From: Octopus vulgaris
Lineage: Eukaryota
Assembly (NCBI GenBank): GCA_951406725.2
Contig: OX597825.1
Span: forward strand, 37,758,001-37,822,000
Reading direction: 5' to 3'
DNA length: 64,000 nucleotides
Shown here: piece after piece, positions 56,639-64,000 of the stretch
How the letters are laid out: each line of letters opens with the position of its first letter
Numbering within the stretch: the first letter of the stretch is position 1
Position numbers and translations under genes: made by a program
The notes under the pieces: model-generated
Databases searched by the model: none
What the model was told of the DNA's origin: nothing
What the model saw: only the letters and a program-made list of their open reading frames with translations

Positions 56639-57059
56639 TTATATATATATATGTATATATGTATATATATATGTGTATATATATATGTATGTGAGTGCGT
56701 GCGCGTGTGTGTCTCTGTTAGTAAAGGTAAGATCTAAAGATCAAGGTGTAGGAAGTTATTAAAATTTTTAGCAGTCCATAGAAGGCATAAAAAACAACTC
56801 TCAATAATAATAGTGGTTTATTGACGTAGGATGTTGTAAGTTTTTCCCATATCAAAGTTCGATAAACGGAAAAAAAGTTGTATAGTTTGTATAGTTTGTG
56901 GTTAGCAGCTGGTGTTGCTTGTGAATGCGAATAAAATCCCAAAATTAAGGAACGGAGCAGATAAAATCTAGTTACATATGTTTCATAGCTGCGCAAACGA
57001 GGGGGTAAACTGCTAGCTACTCTTCGGGCAAATGATACCTTAATCAAATGAAGTTTATA

Positions 57060-57917
57060 GTGTCGTGAAGGGAGGCCATGTTAACTCGTAGGAAACCCAA
57101 TCGAAAATGCTCAGAAAACACAGAGTTGGAGAACAAAAGGGAAGGCATATTCACTCTCTCTCTTTCTCATTCCTCTATCTCTCTGATTTCATTTTCCCTC
57201 TCGTATTCTTTAACCTCTTTCCCCCTCCCACTTATAAATCAAACTCTTTTGCTTTCCGTCCTCACGTATCTCTCTTGTACCTTTTTCTCTCTCTCTCACC
57301 CTTCCTCTCATTTTTTGTCCCTCTGATTTCTTTCTCCACTCTCCTATTCCTTTGTCTCTCCGCCCTTTTCAGTTGTTCCCCCCTTACTACGTGATCGCTG
57401 TCTGGTTCAAGCATTGTCGTCCTTTTTTGGCCGGCCGCCTTTGAGGTTGGTCGCATCTGTTCTGTTCTGTCCTGCCACCCGGTCTGTATGCATTTTTCCA
57501 TTTCCATTTTCCTTTCGTTAGCTTACTACACGCGTGACATAGTCGAAAGACATAGTTTGTTTTGTTTTATTTTTGTTGTAATTGAATAATTATTTTCCCT
57601 TTGTTGTATAGCCGTAAGGCGTTTGTTCATTGAATATGTATAATTCTATTTCATATATTACGTTCGTCCGGTGATCGAACGTCACTTTCCTTTGTTTACT
57701 TATTTGTTTTTGTATATGTACATTCGTTTGGCTTTCCCAGAAGCTTAATGCTTTTAAGTCCTGGCCCAGCCGGTTTCGAGTAGTATCAGAGATAATTGGG
57801 CGAAACTACGAAGACATTCCGGACTCCGACTAAAGAGGCAATTGGCTGCGAACGATTCGTGTATCTTGTTTTGTCCTGTTTGCCGTTGCTGTGCTATCGT
57901 CCTTTCTTCCGCAAGCT

Positions 57918-57920
<3 letters not shown>
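57060..57920 (+). repeat. Pyrimidine-rich interspersed repeat ending in (TA)n; 3' part related to 1170-1385
   Basis: ataattgggcgaaactacgaagacattccggactccgactaaagaggcaa aligns loosely with attaatcagccgaaattgcgaggatgatccggttcttgactgaagattgaa. Confidence 0.45.
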
Positions 57921-57955
<35 letters not shown>

Positions 57956-58865
57956 CTGTTTTTTCATGAAAAACCTGTTGACTTTTGGAAAATTTCTGAC
58001 TTTTGAGATTAACTCCTCTCCTCGTTTAGAGTTACCCTCAATTACAAGTAAGCGGTTCTTCTACTCACTGTGGGGGTAGAGATAACTATATACCTTTACT
58101 CATTTGTGTTGTACAAATACATACAGCTAGTCATTATGAGTCATTTCCTGTAACCTTGGTTTTCGTTTCTGATATACACACTCACACATAATATATGTCT
58201 ATTTGTGTCTCTGGGGATGGTTATATTTGTGCGTGTGACTTTATATGCATATGTGCGTGTGTATGTGTGTGTGTGCTTCTCTGTATGAATGCATATATAT
58301 ATATATTTATAAATTACGTTTTATTTGACATTTGAGTATTTTTCTGAATCCTTGAGTGCATTGTTAAAACAAGTGTGTGATCAAAAGCTAATCATGCAGG
58401 AGGTTAGAGAGTGAAAAATATAATTTCCGCTATATGAATAGCTTAGCTTTTGCCGGCAGTCACTTCAGATTTTTCTAGATATAAATTTAGTAGTACAGCC
58501 TTGTAAAGAAAGAGATTCTTGTTTTGATAATTCAGTTATTACGATAATAATTGAGACAGAAACTATCGAAAGAATAACGGGGAGAAAAGAGGGAGAAAGC
58601 AAAAATGTTGCACTAGGAGACAGTTGGCTGCAATTTAGGAAAAAATAGTGTTTCGGGCATTTGCTTGATAAATATAATATACGTTAGAAAGTCGTAACGG
58701 TTCATTGAATTAATAGAATCGATAAAAACAATATTTACGCCTTGCAACATTCGTCCAAATTTCTGAGTAGTGAATTGCTGTATATTTTGAAATTCTCTGT
58801 AAAATAATTTAAAGTACTAAAACCTCGGAACTATTTAGTTGTGTGTTAACATTAGTTCGAAATTC

Positions 58866-59075
58866 TGCGAGCTGCCAGAATCGTTAGCATGCTGGCTAAA
58901 ATGCTTAGCAGCATTTTGTCTATCTATACGTTCTGGGTTCAAATCCTGCGGGAGCTAATTTTTTTATCGATCCTTTCCTGATCGATAAAATTGAACATTG
59001 AACATTGTGGTCGATATAATCGACTTACCCACACTCCCACAAATCGCTGGCCTTGTGCCAAAATTTGAAACCAAT
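58866..59075 (+). mobile_element. Family B SINE (monomer)
   Basis: gcgagctgccagaatcgttagca head, B-box ggttcaaatcc, gtcgatataatcgac, tail ggccttgtgccaaaatttgaaacc. Confidence 0.8.
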
Positions 59076-59621
59076 GCTTATTCTAACAGATAATGATTAT
59101 TGTTATAAGATATAAAATCAATTTTTGATGACTTTATTGCTGTTTAAATACACAGCATTTCCTGTTGCCTTCTCTGAAATATACTCGAACATATACCTTC
59201 GTATTCTGGCACAATAGGGGGTGATTTAGGGTATATTGGCAGTTATGTCTCGCAGGTGTGCGCTGTTCTAGAGGCCCCCTCACAATCTAGTTATTATTTT
59301 TAAATGTTTGATTTCGTAAAGATTTTGCGTGCTGATTAGATGAAATCAGTAATTTGATTGAGAGCAGAAATTGCATGCTGCTTATATAATCAATAATGCA
59401 TATTTCGGTAGTATAATTAATTCTCACTTCGACTAGCACTAGAAAAATAGAAATCTGATAAACTGAATGCGTTACTCACGATAACGCGCCCTCCTATGAA
59501 ATTAAGCGGGCTTCAGAGATAATGCTTAACGTCGAGAAATAGGAGACAGTTACCAAATTCTGTGCGCCACCTGTGAGTGAATATATGTGCCTGTCTATAT
59601 ATGTGTATTTACACAGACACA

Positions 59622-59654
<33 letters not shown>

Positions 59655-59689
59655 ATATGAATATGTATAGATAAGCAAATATATGTATG

Positions 59690-59732
<43 letters not shown>

Positions 59733-62700
59733 ATATATATATATATGTGTGCTTGCAAGATATATGTATATATTTCAATATATATATGTGTATATATATA
59801 TATATGTGTGTTTATATGAATATAAATACACGCTCAAACACACAGATAAACACATACGTACAAGCACGAACAACCATACTTATTAATTTTATTTAAAATT
59901 AGATATGGTAAAATATGTATTTCAAAGTTATTTGATGATTAACTTTGCGATTAAATAAAGATATGAGCTTAGTTCAAAATCAAAAAAATAATGCTAGTTT
60001 TAGAAAATGAATACGCTAGTTCACACCCCACCAAACCGCCCACACAAAAAAACGCCGCAAGTTCCAGACACTCAAGTTGAGGTAACATTTAATTTTGTAG
60101 TACTGAGGGATATAGGGTTTTAGTAAATACGTCTAGATATTTTTTATTTATTTGTTCCACCAAACTCCCGGATTACATTGAGATGTTTCAATTATAGTGC
60201 AAAAACAGAATTAACTTAAATATTCAGAAAAACTGCATGTTATTAATTTGTTCTTATACTATTAGTAAACTCGCTTTTACCTTCCAACCGAAATTTTGGA
60301 AGGACTTAAGCATTGCTGGCCACTCCCGGCATGGACACGAGAATTTATGTACATGCTAGTATCTGAAAAGAACATGTATAAAGCCACGTGTGCCTTTTGC
60401 ATTGCTAGGAAACAGTATTATTTCATTCGACACATGTTGGTATGTATATATGAGAAAATATGTTGTGTACTCTCTGGGGTAAAAGAAGTTTAAAACTTGA
60501 ATACTTGCGAAGAGGATGAAACATTTTAATGCATTTCTTATTGTTACTATGTTGTTAAATAGTAACTATATTGATGACTGTTATCATAAACACTGCTCAC
60601 CATAATTTTCTCACGTAGAATGGATGTACGAGATTAATTCAACGTAAGAACAGTATTGATTTTATCACCCTAAGACTGATAAAATGTAGATTAAATCCAC
60701 TTAAAAACGAATATAAATCTTTAGATTTTCCAGTTGCTAATGGTGATACATTAGTGGAATACTTTTAGAACTACTATCACGTAAGGAAGAATCCAGTTGT
60801 TGCCGATCTGACAGAAACAGAAGCCAAATCTTCTGCTTGTTACATCCTACTACCATAGATGCCGAACTACTAATTTAAATACTATCATATGTCCTTCTAA
60901 AAAACTGGATATTCATATCTGAATGCCATTTGCTAAGCACAGTTAAATGCAAGGTTGTGTTGGGTCCAAGCAACAACTAAATGGTTATTTATGAAAACAA
61001 AGTACGTTTGACTACCTCTTATATACAACACATTTTATGGCTTATAATATCTAAATATATCTAGTAGCAAACAGGAATATATAACAGTGAACTAAGACAT
61101 CAAAAACATCCCAGCTCTGCTTATATCTGTTGCTGAAACTCAAGCAAAAAGAACGTTACAATCCTCCATTATGACACCCTATCAATACCTAGAACACAGA
61201 TGCTGTCTCTTCATCTGAAGTTTTAAGCTTCGTACCACTTCAATGCAATATCAATTGATTCATCTGTTTCACTATCATGTATGGACATGATGCAATCTTC
61301 CTTAACCAAATCCGTGGTTTACTGCGACACACTTCCTCTTCATGTATTTACGGGAATTTCAGTGATATAGCTAAAATTTGAATGCTTAATTTTCATGTAT
61401 AAAAACACACAAACTGGAAATGCTAGGTGTCATTGGTGTGTTCCTTGTAGTTTGAATGAATGCTTACACAAAATATGCACAGTGTGATGTATATTAAATT
61501 ACAAGACTAAATAGGAAGTACTTCGGGATGTATATTACTGAAAACAAGTTTTCGAAAGCAAGGTGTATGATAGATTTTTGACTGTAATAAAATCAATGAT
61601 TAATCAGCTCAAAAACAAGTTGTAGTATATATTAATCTTCACCTAACTGATAAACGTAAATGAGGTACATAATTTATAGAAATAAATTAAAAAACCTTAA
61701 TTATAAGCATTTGGTTGATGGCATATGATATGCATATTCCATAAAACATATTAAACTATAAATCTTTCACATCCAATTTTACAAGTGAGTGAAATATGTA
61801 CATTTTGTTGAAATGACCAAAGAATATTACCTGCACATAATGTAAGAGTCATATACTAATGAATAGTGGTTAATACAGGTAGAAATTACTCTCCAAGTCA
61901 AAGCAACAAAATTTCTGCCTGCATAAGAATAATTATACAAAACTTTTACGACAATGACAAATTGGGGGGGTATTCTAAAAGATATACAATACATTACTAC
62001 GTTCTAAACTTACTGATTTTGTGATTCCATCAGCCTAACCTATATCATGTTCAATACCTTGCACAATTTTAAAACAACATAAAACTTATCACAAAACATT
62101 ATTTAAAAGATGGGTGGGAAAATATTTGGTATCCTGAGGGCACTTAAATAATAATAACAACCTGATAGCAGAAAAAAGTAAAACAGAAAAATGTTATATA
62201 ACGATTTATAGCAGTAAATCATTTTCATTTAAAAAGGCTAAGTTTAGTCATGTGTTTAAAATATGTTCAAAAATAAACAGTATGCAGAACACACACACAC
62301 ACACACACACACACGCACTCATGCACGCACGCACACACGCACAGACACACACGCACGCACACACACACATACACACACAAAACACTTACATGCATGTATA
62401 AATAAACGCACACACGCACTACTTTATTGTATGCTTTTCTTATTCATGTGATATGCTGTTATTCTTTACGCAACGGTAGTTTTAAATATAAGCTTTTGTG
62501 TGCTCTTAAAAGGGTAACATGTAATATAATTACTATCCATATTTAGTTTGTCATCAATTTTTACTTCAGAATTGTAAATAGAATCAAGTTATAGAAAGAA
62601 GATCTTTGATAGCTGAGGTCATGTTTTATTATGCTTCATCTCATTGGCATTTTCCCTTTCTTATAGAATATGAACTGAGTTTTAGTAATTTCAAATATAT

Positions 62701-63040
62701 ACTAAATTTCAGTTTTAAACCTATTTATATTAGATAAATTTCAAACACAAATTAAAACCGTGGTAGAGAGAGAGGGAGAGAGAGGGGAGAGAGAGAGAGA
62801 GAAGTTGAAAGTTTTAAAAATATAAATATAATTTGATATGAAACAATTTTGAAATTATCTTAAATATGAATAAGATCAAATTATAACATAATTTTACATG
62901 ACTTAAATTTTTGTGAATTTTCCTCCATTGAAATATCTGTACGCAGTTTACCAGTTTAATGGGAATAAGATTAAAACTGAATAACATATATCCATCAATC
63001 CATCCGTCCATCCATCAATCTATCAATCTATCTATCTATC

Positions 63041-63426
63041 AGGAGTGGCTGTGTGGTAAGTAGCTTGTTTACCAACCACATGGTTCCGGGTTCAGTCTCA
63101 CTGCGTGGCATCTTGGGCAAGTGTCTTCTACTAAAGCCTCGGGCCGATCAAAGCCTTGTGAGTGGATTTGGTAGACGGAAAATGAAAGAAGACCGTCGTG
63201 TATATGTATATATATGTGTGTTTGTGTGTCTGTGTTTGTCCCCCCTGGCATTGCTTGACAACCGATGCTGGTGTGTTTATGTCCCCGTTACTTAGCGGTT
63301 CGGCAAAAGAGACCGATAGAATAAGTACTGGGCTTACAAAAGAATAAGTCCCAGGGTCGAGTTGCTCGAGTAAAGGCGGTGCTCCAGCATGGCCGCAGTC
63401 AAATGACTGAAACAAGTAAAAGAGTA
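63041..63426 (+). mobile_element. Full-length family A tRNA-derived SINE inserted in (TCTA)n
   Basis: A-box tggctgtgtggtaa, B-box ggttcagtctc, cttgggcaagtg, LINE-like tail ggcggtgctccagcatggccgcagtcaaatgactgaaacaagtaaaagag; tatcta repeats on both sides. Confidence 0.92.
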
Positions 63427-63659
63427 TCTATTTATCTATCTATCTATCTATCTATCTACCTATCTATCTATCTACCTACCTACTTATCTCTATACGTGTG
63501 TTTGTATGTTTATAGTTGCGAGTGTGTATGACTATATCTATTCGTAGTTTGTGTGTATGTGAGTTTGTTTCCATTGAGGAAGTTGTTATTTGAAAGAAAA
63601 TATTCAATTATAGTTATCGAAATAGATATTTGATTATTTACAACAAAAAAATGAAGTCA

Positions 63660-63825
63660 GCGGTTTGGCAACTCATTTAGCGCGTTGGATACGATGGTTA
63701 GCATTCTTTCGTCGTTTTTTAACTCCAAGGATATTATTCCCCCGATGTCAACATTGTCACTCATTCTTTCGAGGGTACGTAAATAAGTGCCAGCTTATAG
63801 TCGATATAATCGACTAGTCCCTCTG
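63660..63825 (+). mobile_element. Decayed family B SINE
   Basis: cattctttcgagggtacgtaaataagtgccag...gtcgatataatcgactagtccc. Confidence 0.5.
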
Positions 63826-64000
63826 CTGCAGCAGTAAGGGTTATTGAGAAGTTTAATAAATGCCCATTAAAATATTAGCTTTTTTTCTATTGATGAGTTT
63901 CATATTTAAAAATAGAAGGGAAATCCAAAATGAGGACCCTTTTTCTCATATTTTAGATTATGGATAAATGTATGAAATACATTGATATGGATGAATAATG

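Noticed and set aside
60200-62250. Microsatellite-free stretch that might hold host exons or a 3' UTR
   Set aside because: No convincing ORF, splice pattern or recognisable homology from sequence alone.
63041-63115. tRNA gene
   Set aside because: A/B boxes are present but continue into a SINE body; no cloverleaf or terminator.

Overview
AT-rich, gene-poor metazoan DNA dominated by (TA)n, (CA)n, (TACA)n and (TCTA)n microsatellites. The SINE families and repeat composition are what I recognise from Octopus (coleoid cephalopod) genomes; this is an inference, not a database match. I found no intact host gene, and almost all listed ORFs are microsatellite or transposon artefacts. The window holds decayed mobile elements: a CR1-group LINE with its RT core deleted, R4/Dong and RTE LINE fragments, three DD37D (maT) Tc1/mariner relics, two tRNA-derived SINE families, a probable Helentron-type non-autonomous element, and three or four Penelope-like (PLE; RT/GIY-YIG) relics. 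The most notable signal is a set of non-coding fold-back elements sitting in (TA)n tracts, with the layout (TA)n-arm-loop-arm'-one-sided extension-(TA)n. Two of them (20727-21472 and 25861-26548) carry intact type I hammerhead ribozymes pointing outward, and their inversion junctions fall right at ribozyme stem I. About eight more degenerate hammerhead motifs occur in other short TA-flanked repeats and downstream of the PLE relics. Together these suggest a non-autonomous, ribozyme-bearing, PLE-mobilised (retrozyme-like) retroelement system that targets TA microsatellites.
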